Of a DNA stretch of 64,000 nt, positions 1-12,209 are shown piece by piece. The notes below the pieces were generated by a model, which was not told the DNA's origin, made no database searches, and was given only the letters and a program-made list of their open reading frames with translations. The translations under genes and the position numbers were made by a program. Within the stretch, counting starts at the first letter, position 1; each line of letters starts with the position of its first letter. The DNA comes from Chiloscyllium plagiosum (taxonomy: Eukaryota). The stretch is taken from contig NC_057719.1 of NCBI RefSeq assembly GCF_004010195.1, positions 59,444,446-59,508,445 on the forward strand, read 5' to 3'.

Positions 1-340
1 CCTGAGGAACTGGAAGCAAACCGGAGATAACCACCTTGGACGTCCTGCTTTTCAGCCTTCTTCCTAGTTCTCCGAAGTCTCGCTGTAGTATGTTCCTCCT
101 CTTCTTCCCGACATCATTTGTGCCGACATGTACCACCACCTCTGGCTCTTCACCCTCGTCCTTGAGGATTTCCTGCACTCTGTCCGCGATGTCTTTCACC
201 CTGGCACCAGGAAGGCAACACACCATCCTTAAATCCCGTCTGCTGCCACAAAAACCCCGGTCAGTTCCTCTCACGATGGAGTCCCCTATTACCACGGCTC
301 TGTGCGATGTCCGACTCTTCCACTCTGCCTCTCCGCCAAC
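1..340 (-). mobile_element. CR1-clade LINE ORF1 fragment (SGNH/GDSL esterase-like domain)
   Basis: Minus-strand translation AVVIGDSIVRGTDRGFCG...CLPGARVKDIADRVQEIL...EPEVVVHVGTND has the GDS and HVGTND blocks typical of CR1 ORF1p esterase; runs off the window edge. Confidence 0.8.
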
Positions 341-1092
341 TCTCATTACTTCTCTCTCATTACTTGTTCATTGTTCTCTCTCATTACTTGACCACTATGT
401 TGCCTTAACCTGGTGAAGTCTCTAACTTGTCCCAGTTCTTAGGTCAGCAACCTGTAACATAAACTTTGGTTTTCTCTCCACAGCTACTGCCAGACTTACT
501 GAGTATTTATTGCATCTTCTGCTTTTAATTCAGTTGCATTTGTGTATTTACATGCTAGGAGCTTGGAAACTGCTTTTCTGAAGAAAATGATCCTAATCAC
601 TAAAAGTGATTTATTTAAGTTACTGATTGTACCCCATGTGTTTGCACCACATGTTTATAGTTAAGTTAAAGGCACTTCTTATTGCCAAAATCACAGCCTT
701 TTTGATTTCTATTTTCATCACCAACACCAAAAAGTATGAGAAAATTAGGGGTTGGTTGGGAGGACTGGATCTGAAAGAATATGAACAAATCATTTGATCT
801 CAAAGAACATGGCAGTTTTTAAACTATCATTAAAACACAAAAAACAAATGAAAGACTAAGAAAAGTGGTAGTTAATATAAATAATTAATTTCAGCCATTT
901 ACATCATTCACAAAAAACATTGATTCCACATATTTCAGTATCTAAAGCACATATTAGTCTTTAATTCACCAGGAAAGTTTCAAGAAGAATCCCTAAATTG
1001 TGAATTCTTTATAATAAACATATTATTTAATTCTATTAACTCTTGTGCTTTTTCTTCAATATTAGTATTTATATTAATTGTGTATCATAAAG

Positions 1093-1421
1093 TGGCATGG
1101 TGGCTCAGTAGTTATTACTGCTGCCTCACAGTGCCAGGGACCCAGGTTCGATTCCCACCTTGGCCGACTGTCTGTGTGGAGTTTGCACATTCTCCCAGTG
1201 TCTGAGAGGGTTTCCTTCAGGTGCTCTGGTTTCCTCCCACAATGTAAAGATGTACAGATCAGGTGAATTGGTTATGCTAAATTGCCCATAGTGTTAGGTG
1301 CATTAGTCACGGGTAAATATAGGGGAGGAGAATGGGTCTGGATGGGTTATTCTTCTGAGGGTCGGTATGGACTTTTTTGGCCGAAGGGCCTAATCCATAC
1401 TGTAGGGAATCTAATTTAATC
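1093..1421 (+). mobile_element. HE1-like V-SINE (tRNA-derived)
   Basis: A-box-like TGGCTCAGTAG, B box GGTTCGATTCC, V-domain TGTGTGGAGTTTGCACATTCTCCC...TTCCTCCCACA, AATCT-type tail. Confidence 0.85.
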
Positions 1422-1523
1422 TGAAGTGAGTCATCATCTTAAATATAGTCTTTGAAAAACTGCAGTTGAAAAGTGTGGCACTGGAAAAGCACAACAGCTC
1501 AGGCAGCATCTGAGGAGCAGGAG

Positions 1524-1559
1524 AATCGACATTTCTGGCATAAGCCCTTCATCAGTAAT
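1524..1559 (-). ncRNA. Minimal hammerhead ribozyme motif (slightly degenerate) in Penelope terminal repeat
   Basis: Minus strand CTGATGA-AGGGC-TTAT-GCCA-GAAA-TGTC. Confidence 0.6.
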
Positions 1560-2892
1560 GTGAGAGTGTTTGGGGGAGGGCTTTAAGAGATAAATAGGAG
1601 GGTTGGGTGGGGCTGGGGTGAAGGTAGCTGGCAAGGCGACAGGTAGATGCAAGTGGAGGATGATCGTGATAGTTCAGAGGGGAGGGTGTAGCGGATAGGT
1701 GAAAGAAGACGGACGGGTAGGACAGGTCAAGAGAGCGGTGGATCTGGGATGAGGTGGGGGGGGAGGGGAGATGAGGAAACTGGTGAAATCAACATTGATG
1801 CCGTGTGGTTGGAGGATCCCAAGCCGGAAGATGAGGCATTCTTCTTCCAGTTGTTGGATGGCTTGGACTTGGTAGCGGAAGAGGCCCAGGACTTACATTT
1901 CCTCGGCAGAGTGGGAGGGGGAGTTGAAGTGTTTGGCAACAGGGCAGTGGGGCTGTTTGCTGCGTGTGTCGTAGAGATGTTCAACGAAATGTTCTGCGGG
2001 TTGATGTCCTGTCTCCCCAGTGTAGAGGAGACCACATTGAAAATAACATTTACAGTAGATGAGGTGTTTGGATGTGCAGGAAAATCTCTGCCAGATGTGG
2101 AAGGATCCTTTAGGACCTTGGGCGGAGGTCGTGGTGGGGGCGGGGGAGCGGCGGGGCGCGGGTGCAAATTCTACGCCTCTTGCACTGGCAAGGGAAGGTG
2201 CTGGGAGCGGAGGATGGGTTGGTGGGGGCGCGTGGACCTAACAAGGGAGTTGTGGAAGAAATGGTCTCTGCAGAATGCTGATAGGGAGGGAAATATATCT
2301 TTGGTGGTGGGGGTTGACTGTAGGTGGTAGAAATGGCAGAGGATAATGCACCGTACCTGGAGATTAATGGGGTTGAAGGTGAAGACCGGGGGCTTCTATC
2401 CTTATTCCATTTAGAGGGGTGGGATCCAAAAGCAGAGGTGTGGGAAGTGGAGGAGATGCACTGGAGGACATTGTTGACCACATGGGAGGGGAAATCGCAG
2501 TCATTGAAATAGGAGGCAATCTGGGATGTCCTGGAGTGGAATTGCTCCTCAAGGGAGCAGATACAGCAAAGACTGAGGAATTGGGAGTAAGAGATAGTGT
2601 TTGTACAGGAGGTGGTGTAGTCCAGGTAGCAATGGGAATTGGTAGGTTCGAAGTCGATATCAGTGTTGAGTCTGTTACCGGAAATGGAGATGGAGAGGTC
2701 CAGGAAGGAGAGGGAGGTGTTAGAGATGGTCCAGATGAACTTGAGGTCAGGGTGGAAGATGTGAAGTTGCTGAACTGTTCAATCTCTTCGTGGAAGCATG
2801 AGGTGGCACTGACACAGCCCCACCCTGACCCTCCTATTTATGTCTGAGCCTCTTCACCACCACACCTCTTCCCCCCTACCCACACTATATTA

Positions 2893-2924
2893 TTGATGAA
2901 GGGCTTTTGTCCGAAACGTTGATT
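2893..2924 (+). ncRNA. Hammerhead ribozyme motif (C3->U) in the inverted Penelope terminal repeat
   Basis: TTGATGA-AGGGC-TTTT-GTCC-GAAAC-GTT. Confidence 0.5.
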
Positions 2925-3829
2925 TTCCTGCTTCTCGGATGCTGCCTGTCTCGGTGTGGTTTTCCAACACCACACTTTTTGACTGATCTCCAGCATCTGC
3001 AGTCCTCACTTTCCCCTTTGAAAAAGTGCAGCCAACTTATGCTGGCATCAAGTAAGACACTTGCTGAGAATTGTGACTCTGGTATCTATGCCATTGTGTT
3101 AATGAGTCCCCAGTGATGCTGCATCCAAACATGTTACAACATATCCCAATACTATTATATACAGATGGCTTTCTCCAATGTGGGGATTAAAAGAAAATTG
3201 TATATGTAATTATAATGATGACAGTACTTTTTTAAAATCAAGCTTAAACATGATTATCAATATTAGCTTTTTGAAATGAGAACAAAGAATTTTGGAAAAC
3301 CTCAGGTCAAATTAGCCAGCATCTGTCAAGAGAAACTGTTAATGTTTGATGCCAATGACTTTTATTTCGAACCCTTTGAACATTGAATTTTCTCAACAAT
3401 ATAAACATTTGTTTGAGTTTTTACATGTTTCCTATCAGTTTCAACTGTTCCCTATTCTAAAAAATGTATTTTGAAATCTATGGTTTTTAAACTGATGCAA
3501 CTGGGATAATACCATTTGCATACAACAAATAGATTTGGCTTACACAATCTTGTGTGTATGGAACAAATCTACTCCTTTCCCCATTGCAGGATTCCTGAAC
3601 GGACACTATTTTCTGCTCTATAGCTGCTTCTTCTATACTCTGCGTTTAGCTTCCTGACTGCTTCCCTTTTCCACACTATTTACACACATTGATATTAAAT
3701 ACATTGCACAAGATTGCTATTTATATATACAAATACATTTTGCTTTTCAGAGTTTGTAAAGATAAAAACTGTACACTTCAGCAAGATATCAATTGTACAA
3801 GATGCCGACGACACCACATCTAAAGTTAA

Positions 3830-4080
3830 TAGTTTTGGTCCCCTTATGAAGAAAAGATATTGTGTCATTGGAGGCAGTTCAGAGAAGGTTCACTCGGATG
3901 ATTTCCAGTATGCTGGGATTGTCTTATAAGCAAAAGCTAGACAGCTGGAGACTACTCATTGGAGTTTATAAGAATGACAAGTGATCTCAATAAAACATGT
4001 AGGATTCTTAAGGGACTTGACATGGTAAATGCTAACAGAGTGTTTCCTACACGGGACAGTATAGGACCAGATGAGAAGTT
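3830..4080 (+). mobile_element. Degenerate CR1 LINE ORF2 3' fragment
   Basis: TTTTGGTCCCC...GAGGCAGTTCAGAGAAGGTTCACTCGGATGAT...TCATTGGAGTTTATAAGAATGA...AGGGACTTGAC resembles the CR1 C-terminal region. Confidence 0.6.
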
Positions 4081-4339
4081 TCACATGGAACAGTAAACTT
4101 GGGTCAGGAAGGAGAGATCACATCCTGAGTGAGTACATAGCTGAGACCTAACTTGGGTCTGTACACACTTCAGTGGCTGCAACAGTCAAGAACACAGCTC
4201 ACCAGTATGTTCTCAATGTGCTAGAACCTACTGAGCTACAAAGCATGAGCTGAAAAATAGATTTGATAACGCAGTCTTAGCCAGTATGGACATGAGCCAA
4301 ATTGTTTCCTTCTGTCCTTCTATCCAAGAGTTTGAGGCC

Positions 4340-4961
4340 TGTTATGTACCAGGCAAGACCCTCTCAAAATATTTCTAGAAAGTAGCCCGGATTTGAACTT
4401 TGCTCGTTGTTTTAATTAGGTGAGGAGTGGATACTCCAGGAGTGATGCAGCTGACCCAACCACTTAGTTTTAAAACAAAATAGAATTTATTTCCAAGATT
4501 ACCAAATCAAACACAAACAAAAGAGACCAGAATATAGAAAAACTTAACCAATCCAAAAACCCAAAAGAGTATCCCAGCTTCATGATACTGTTCCCTGGAA
4601 ACACTCCTTGGCAAAACAAGATATAATCAAACACAGGTCTTAGAGGAGAGATGTCACAGAGAGAGATGGCAGAGAGGTTCAACATGGAACACCTTCTTCC
4701 ATGTAGCTGTTTCTTTGACCAGCAGCCTCAAAACTGACTGACTACTTTCTCTGAACAGTCAGACTGCTAGAACCCAAACCAAACCAGGGAAAAGCTGAAT
4801 TAGGAGAACTGGCCACTCCCCTTTCATTGTACATTTCTTTTAAACCTTAAAAGCTTCCTCAAATAGATCAGCCCAGCCATTTCAGAACCTGTGTCTAATA
4901 AAACAGTTTTGAAAAAAACCCAGGACAACTCAACTTGTTAAAGGAGCAGCAACATCATACA
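4340..4961 (-). repeat. 3' LTR of a Gypsy/Ty3 LTR retrotransposon
   Basis: Ends TGTTATG...CATACA (TG...CA with short inverted termini); polypurine tract AAGGGGGGGA on the minus strand (4962-4971) immediately precedes it. Confidence 0.7.
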
Positions 4962-5945
4962 TCCCCCCCTTAAAAAAAGAACCATCTATATCCAAAGATG
5001 GCTTCATTTTAAAACCCCTTAATCTTAAGTTGTTAGTATACTACAACACCCATATACATGACATTGACTATAATCATGCAAACCTGCATTACTACATTCT
5101 GTTTCAGTCTGTTTTACTCCTGCCACCGAATACCTGTTTCTCATTCAAGACTGGACAATGCATCAGCAATCAAATTTTCTTGTACTGCCACATGCACAAT
5201 TCTCAAATTGAATGGCTATAACAACAAGCTCTATCTAACGAGTCTGGAATTTCTGTCCTTAAACTTCTCCACGAACTTCAATGGGTTATGATTAATATAT
5301 ATGATTGTCTCAGATACATTACTGGTAACATAAATATTGAAATGTAATGCCAACACCATGCTCAAAGTCTCCTTCTCAACTATCAAATATTTCTGCTGAT
5401 GAATGTTAAATTTCCTCGAGAAATACCCAATAGGTCTTTCTAGATTCTTGTCATCTTCCTATAAGAACACAGCACTGACACCCACATCACTTGCATCGAT
5501 CGCCACCTTGAATGGCTTTGCCTAATTAGGTGTGGCTAATACTGGGGCACACAGGTGAACACAGCTTTCAGCTGTCAAATGCCTTCTGACAGTCTGCTGT
5601 CCAATGAAACCTCTTGCCTTTCTTTAGCAATTCAGTGAATGGAGCAGCCACACTACTAAAATTTGCTCCAAAGTTTTGATAAAATCCACTCAATCCCAGG
5701 AATCATTGTCCTGCTCTTTTTGTCGATGGTGCGGGAAACTCCCCAATTACCTTTGTTTTTGCAACCAATGGGTCTGTTTGTCTGTGTCCAATAATATGGC
5801 CCAAGAAGGTGACTTGAGCTTTGGCAAATTAACTTTTAACTTTTATCAACAAGCCTGCCTCCCAAAGTCAATGGAACAGTTCTGATAAATGTTGCAAATG
5901 TACCTTCTATATGTGACTAAAAATCATCAGGTCATCAATATAAAC

Positions 5946-7013
5946 AAGACTGCGTTTTTGAAAAGAATGGGTACTCAATGAACCGATTCCACCGATTTCT
6001 CAGCAACAAACCCAAACAAGCAGACAAAACGCGCCCAGAAACCCTAACCACTCTCTCCTACATCAAAGGCTTCTCGGAAATGACTGCCAGGCTACTCAGA
6101 CCTCTTGGCATCACGGTAGCCCACAAACTCACCAACACACTAAAACAGCAGTTCATGAACTTAAAAAACCCTATACGCACAAAAAGCAAAACGAACATCA
6201 TTTACAAAATACCTTGCAAGAACTGTAACAAATGCTACATTGGACAACAGGCAGAAAACTAGCAACCAGTATACTTGAACATAAACCAGCACAAAAAGAA
6301 ATGACCCACTCTCACTAGTATCCTTACATAAAGATGAGTATGAACATCATTTTGACTGGGAAAACACATTCATCCCTAGGACATACCAAACAGAGACACG
6401 CATGAAAATTCCTAGGAGCATGGCATTCCAACCAGAACTATATCAACAAACACTTTGATTTGGACCCCATTTTCCACCCTCTGAGAAAAAGGACAGGAAA
6501 TGACATCACCAACCCAAGGAAACCTAAACACACAAATTGAAAGCAGGACATAACACCTGTGCTTCACCAGAGGCTCACTGATTATGTTACCTAGTATGAT
6601 TAGATTACTTACAGTGTGGAAACAGGCCCTTCAGCCCAACAAGTCCACATTGACCCGCTGAAGCACAACCCACCCAGACCCATTCCCCTACATTTACCCC
6701 TGCCCCTAACACTATGGGCAATTTAACATGGCCAATTCACCTAACCTGCATATTTTTGGACTGTGGGAGGAAACCGGACCACCCGGAGGAAACCCGCGCA
6801 GACACGGGGAGAATGTGCAAACTCCACACAGTCAGTCGCCTGAGGCAGGAATTGAACCCAGGTCTCTGGCGCTGTGAGGCAGCAGTGCTAACCACTGTGC
6901 CACCGTGCCGCCCACAAGTATGGTGACGAAATGTCTGAAAACGAACCTTCCAGCTCAGTGAGCAAACTTACATCCAGAACGTCAACCTGAGATACAAATC
7001 TTCTTAAAACTTG
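5946..7013 (+). mobile_element. Penelope-like element 3' part (GIY-YIG endonuclease plus terminal repeat), TSD ATAAAC
   Basis: ORF 5978-6262 NIIYKIPCKNCNKCYIGQ; downstream HFDW..., FLGAWHS..., INKHFDLDP; ATAAAC at 5940-5945 and 7014-7019. Confidence 0.85.
6599..6916 (-). mobile_element. HE1-like V-SINE, full length, TSD AGTATG
   Basis: Reverse-complement tRNA head, V-domain and tail; AGTATG at 6593-6598 and 6917-6922. Confidence 0.9.
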
Positions 7014-7627
7014 ATAAACTACACCATTGTTTAGTGTCTAAAATGTGGCTGGCACATTTTTCATACCAAACGGCATGACTTTAAACTGACACAGTCTATT
7101 CAGCGTTACAAAAGCCAAAACTGTCTTTGCTCTTTTGGACAAAGGTACCTGCCAGTATCCTCTGAGGAAATCCAACTTAGAAATATGAGTTGCTTGTCCC
7201 ATCTTTTCAACACAGTCTTCCAAACATGGAATTCGATATGCATCAGTCTTTGTAACTGCATTGACTTTGCGATATTCTACACATAACCATTGGATACCAT
7301 CTGGTTCTGGCAGCATTACTATGGGTGAGTTCCAGTCACTGTAACTCATTTCGATTATGTCATCTCGGAGCACGGTTCAATCACCTTTTAAACTTTTTAG
7401 ACGGTTATGCCTATAAGGATGTTGTTTAATGGGAACAGCATCTCCTACATCTACAATATGCATAATTAGGTTAGTACTTCCCAGCTTATTTCCACTTATC
7501 TCCCCAGGTGATAGTAAGGACAACACAACCTTGTTACAGGAGCAGCATCATCATAGGCTTAACCACATTATTGTCCTTCTTTGTGTTCATTGTTATTTGA
7601 AAGATTATGCACTATTTTATGACTGTG

Positions 7628-7725
7628 AACAGTAATTCACCAACCTCTAGCTGTCTTTGTAGCTGTTTCTGCCAGTAACAGTAATTCACCAACCTCTGGT
7701 TGTCTTTGTTGCTGTTTCTGCCAGC
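7628..7725. repeat. 49-bp tandem duplication
   Basis: AACAGTAATTCACCAACCTCT(A/G)G(C/T)TGTCTTTGT(A/T)GCTGTTTCTGCCAG present twice. Confidence 0.85.
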
Positions 7726-8244
7726 AAGTAAAATGTTAGAAACAGGTAATTTATCCATTATTGGGACAATTGAAAAATTCCACGTAATTATTGTAATTGT
7801 TTCAACAGACCCAACTACAGACTACAACCATCTGTGTAGAATATTTATGCCACCTTTGATTGTAGTAGTTCCTTTAGTATTAAGAATTATTAAAATTATA
7901 TATATATATTAATATATTCTATTCTTCTACAAGTTCATTTCTCTTTGGTGATTGGTCATATTCCAAACTTTTATGGAACTGAATAAATTGTATGTAACAA
8001 AGTTCAGACTTTTCAATCAAATAAAAAAAAGTTATTAATGCAATTTCAAAATTAAACATGTTAAATGTTACATTATCTGGGAAAGTTGTATTCAATTTGT
8101 GCAGAAATTCAATAATTAAAATTATTGAATTTTATTTAAATTTTATTCCAGGAGTATGGCAATTTATTCTGAATTCACTCTGAAGAAAAAGCTGTTTTTC
8201 TCTACTGTCAGTCACTATTATTCATGATTACAAATAGGCGGATA

Positions 8245-8548
8245 GAGTCATAGAGATGTACAGCATGGAAACAGACCCTTCAGTCCCATTTGTCCATGCC
8301 AACCAGATATCCCAACCCAATCTAGTCCCACCTGCCAGCACCCGCCCAGATCCCTCCAAACCCTTCCTGTTCATATACCCATCCAGATGCCTTTTAAATG
8401 TTGCAATTGTACTAGCCCCCACCACTTCCTCTGGCAGCTGATTCCATACACGTACCACTCTCTGAGTGAAAAAGTTGCCCCTTAGATCCCTTTTGTATCT
8501 TTCCCCTCTCACCCTAAATCTATGCCCTCTAGTTCTGGACTCCTCCAC
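8245..8548 (-). mobile_element. CR1/HER1-type LINE 3' end
   Basis: ORF 8228-8548 SRTRGHRFRVRGER...LRGNFFTQRVVRVWNQLPEEVV...FKRHLD; ATGACTCT-type tail. Confidence 0.85.
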
Positions 8549-10645
8549 CCCACTTCCTCTGGCAGCTCAGGCCATACAACAACTCTCTGGTGTCCAGGAA
8601 GGGCCAGTTACTGCAACCAAAAAGATAGCTCACATGAACTACAAGCTATTCAGAGATAAGATCTAAATGATTTTAGAGCAGCCAGAATCAAGTCTGAGCA
8701 AGATTTTGGCACTATACTAATTAATAGTCTGGAAATCTGCTAAAGCATCTAATCTGCCGCTGGATCTGGAGACACTAGAAAATAGGAACAACAAGTCAAG
8801 GACAGGGTAGACCATCACTGAACTTGGCAAGCATATAGAAATATGGATGAAGCACTATCTCAAACTCTTCTACAATCCAGAACATTCAGGACATTCCAGA
8901 CATTTCTGTCAAGATGCTGAACAGCAAACTCACCACTGAAGAGGTCAATAGGGCCATTCTTAGCAGCGGTAAAGCTCCAGGAAGTCATTAAACCTTACAT
9001 GTGATGTCATCAAAAGTGAAAAATCAGGACCACTGGAAAGAAAAGTTTCTGTCTCAGGACACGCACTATACAAAATAGCGTCAGTTAAAAAGTATTGCAG
9101 TGACTACAACAATTACCAAGGCATGTCCTCAAACTATTGTGGCAAAAATCATTATTCTGGCTGGATTGAAGACTCTGGGATCACGCTTCCAAACTGACTC
9201 TCATTGTGGCTTCAGAGCTGCCTGATGAATAGTTAATATGATTTTCTCCTGGTCACTTGCAGGATAAGTGCTCTGAAAGTGGAGACCAACATTGACTTCA
9301 CAGACCTCATCAACACCTTCAACCTAGTCAACAAAGACAAAGATTTTTAAACTGCAGAAAATTGACTGCTTGGACTTGCACACAGTTACAGTGGAGCATT
9401 GTTTGGGCTTTCAAGATCAGTAGCAAAGTAAAACAGAACTGCATTCTGATACCGTCTATCTTTAGAATATTTGCATCCATGCTTTTGCTACTAAAAAGAG
9501 GATGTCTATCCATGCCTCTAGGAATTCCCTGGCTGTTCTCTGTTTGGCTTGTCCTATAATAGTAGGGTTGTCCCAGTCGAACTAGAGCAGACTGTTTGCT
9601 TGACAATCCCAAATTGCATAACATCCTAGTCCATGAATTGCTGTTTGTTGATGATTCCTCACTAATATCCAGTCACAGAGATGTACAGCATGGAAACAAA
9701 CCCTTCACTCCAACTCGTCCATGCCATCGAGATATCCCACCTAATCTCATCCCACCTGCCAACACTTGGCCCATATCCCTTTAAACCCTTCCTATTCATA
9801 TACCTATCCAGATGGCTTTTAAATGTTGCAATTGTACCAACGTCCACCACTTCCTCTGGCAGTTTGTTCCATACACATACCACCCTCTGTGTGAAAATGT
9901 TGCCCCTTAGGTCGCTTTTATATCTTTCCCTTCTCACCCTAAACCTATGTCCTCTAGTTCTGGACTCACCCACCCCAGGAAAAAGACTTTGTCTATTTAT
10001 CCTATCCATGCCCCTCATGATTTTATAAACCTCTATGAGGTCACCCCTCAGCCTTCAACGCTCCAGGGAAAACAGCCCCAGCCTGTTCAGCCTATCCCTA
10101 GAGCTGAAATCCTTCAACCCTGGCAACATCCTTCTACATCTTTTCTGAACCCTTTCACGCTTCACAACATCATTCCAATAGGAAGGAGAACAGAATTCCA
10201 CACAATATTCCAAAAGTGGTCTAACCAATGTCCTATACAGCTGCAACATGAACTCCCAACTCCTGTACTCAAAACTCTGACCAATAAAGAAAAGCATACC
10301 AAGCACCTTCACTATCCTATCTACCTGCGACTCCACTTTCAAAAAGCTATGAACCAGCAATTCTCGCGAGGACCTTACCATTAAGTGTACAAGTCGTGGT
10401 AAGATTCGATTTCCAAAATGCAGCACCTCACATTTATCTAAATTAAAGTTCATCTGCCACTCCTCAGCCCATTGGTCCATCTGATCAAGATCCCATTGTA
10501 ATCTGAAGTAACCTTCTCCGCTGCCCACGACACTTCCAATTTTAGTGTCATCTGCAAACTTACTAAATATACAAATTTTGTGAGAAGATTTGTAGCTCGG
10601 GTACTCGTTGTTGTGGTTCTGTTCACCGAGCTGGGAATTTGTGTT

Positions 10646-10685
10646 GCAGACGTTTCGTCCCCTGTCTAGGTGACATCCTCAGTGC
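10646..10685 (-). ncRNA. Intact minimal type I hammerhead ribozyme in Penelope terminal repeat
   Basis: GCA-CUGAGGA-U-GUCACC-UAGACA-GGGGAC-GAAAC-GUC-UGC: stem I GCA/UGC, conserved core, stem II with one mismatch, GUC cleavage triplet. Confidence 0.75.
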
Positions 10686-11971
10686 TTGGGAGCCTCCTGT
10701 GAAGTGCTTCTGTGATGTTTCCTCCGGCATTTATAGTGGTTTGTCTCTGCCGCTACCGGTTGTCAATTCCAGCTGTCCGCTGCAGTGGCCGGTATATTGG
10801 GTCCAGGTCGGTGTGTTTGTTGATAGAATCTGTGGATGAGTGCCATGCCTCTAGCAATTCGCTGGCTGTTCTCTGTTTGGCTTGTCCTATAATAGTAGTG
10901 TTGTCCCAGTCGAACTCATGTTGCTTGTAATCCGCGTGTGTGGCGACTAAGGATTGTTGGTATCCACCATGTGTCAGATACAGACCACCAGTCAACAACC
11001 CACAAGTCAGAGACACAGCCAGACAGAATGGATTCAGGATGATCCAGGTAATGATTACAGACGCACACAACAGATTACACAAATACAGACAAGAAATTGT
11101 GCGCCAAAAATCGTTCATTTCAAAAACCACCAATCAGGAATGGACCCAGACCATAGAACAGGCCATCACCATAGGACATAACAGGACCACACACCGCAAA
11201 AAAACGGCACTAAAAGAAAAAATGGCCAAACTAACACACAACAGAGAGGACACCACAACACATTCCTGGGTTAGAAACCTCTCCCACAGAAAGCTCACAG
11301 ACACGGAAGGAACAATACTGGCCAAGGACTCCACTATAACCACAGGGACGCCAAGACAGCAGACTTCCTAGCAGCACTAGAATGCACACTCAGAAACAAT
11401 GGACTGACAGAAGAGACACAACAAACAGTGATCAAAGTATCGTACCCCTGATAACAAGGAAAAGACAAACACACAACCTCAACACCAAGGAGAGGGAAGC
11501 ACTAAAAACACTAAGAAATGATAAGAACATAATCATATTACCAGCAGACAAAGGCAGAATGACGGTCATCCTGGACAAAGCAGAGTACATCCAGAAAGCG
11601 CAACAACTACTTGCAGATACCAACACCTACCAAAAGAGAGAGTTTGACCCCACCCCACAGCTCACCAATAGGATAAACAACACACTGAGGAACCTGCAAA
11701 AAACCGGAGAGATAACCAGGTTTGACCTACAGAGAATGAAACCTGAAAGCAACACCACCCCCAGATTCTATGAACTACCTAAACCAGACATCCCACTCAG
11801 ACCCATCGTATCGCTACCAGGAACACCATCACACAAACTTGCTAAAGAACTACAATAGAAATTGAAACACCTGATCAGCGGATCCAGATACTCTATACAG
11901 TCAACACAGGAATTCTTGGACATCATCAGAAATATACACATAGACAAGGAAGAAACCATGGTCTCATTCGA

Positions 11972-12059
11972 NNNNNNNNNNNNNNNNNNNNNNNNNNNNN
12001 NNNNNNNNNNNNNNNNNNNNNNNNNNNNNNNNNNNNNNNNNNNNNNNNNNNNNNNNNNN
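11972..12059. other. Assembly gap (N run)
   Basis: Run of N bases. Confidence 1.
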
Positions 12060-12209
12060 GCCAGGTGAATTGGCCATACTAAATTGCCCGTAGTGTTAGG
12101 TAAGGGGCAAATGAAGGGGTATGGATGGGTTGCACTTCGGCGGGTCGGTGTGGACTTGTTGGGCCGAAGGGCCTGTTTCCACACTGTAATGTAATCTAAT
12201 CTAATCTAA
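12060..12209 (+). mobile_element. HE1-like V-SINE 3' part, inserted in the Penelope RT
   Basis: CAGGTGAATTGGCCATACTAAATTGCCCGTAG...GGGCCTGTTTCCACACTGTAATGT(AATCT)n. Confidence 0.85.

Larger units (their letters stand above)
1467..3015 (-). mobile_element. Penelope-like element fragment (GIY-YIG endonuclease end) with inverted terminal repeats
   Basis: Minus strand reads QGPKGSFHIWQRFSCTSKHLIYC...CGLLYTGETG...VAKHFNSPSH...LEEECLIFRLGILQPHGINVDF; ~1470-1620 and ~2815-2985 are inverted copies of each other. Confidence 0.8.
4962..7480 (-). mobile_element. Gypsy (probably Gmr1-like) pol remnant: RT and RNase H, interrupted by a Penelope insertion
   Basis: ORF 7038-7373 (WNSPIVM, YRKVNAVT, SKLDFLRGYWQVPL, FKVMPFG); VYIDDL reconstituted across the insertion; KVAIDASDVG and ENLIADALS RNase H motifs at ~5480-5510 and ~5150-5180. 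Confidence 0.8.

Noticed and set aside
1093..1160. tRNA-like A/B boxes here and at the other SINE heads
   Set aside because: They are heads of V-SINEs, not tRNA genes; no complete cloverleaf
1749..2847. ORFs of 193 aa and 142 aa on the plus strand
   Set aside because: Antisense shadows of the minus-strand Penelope coding region; no independent gene features
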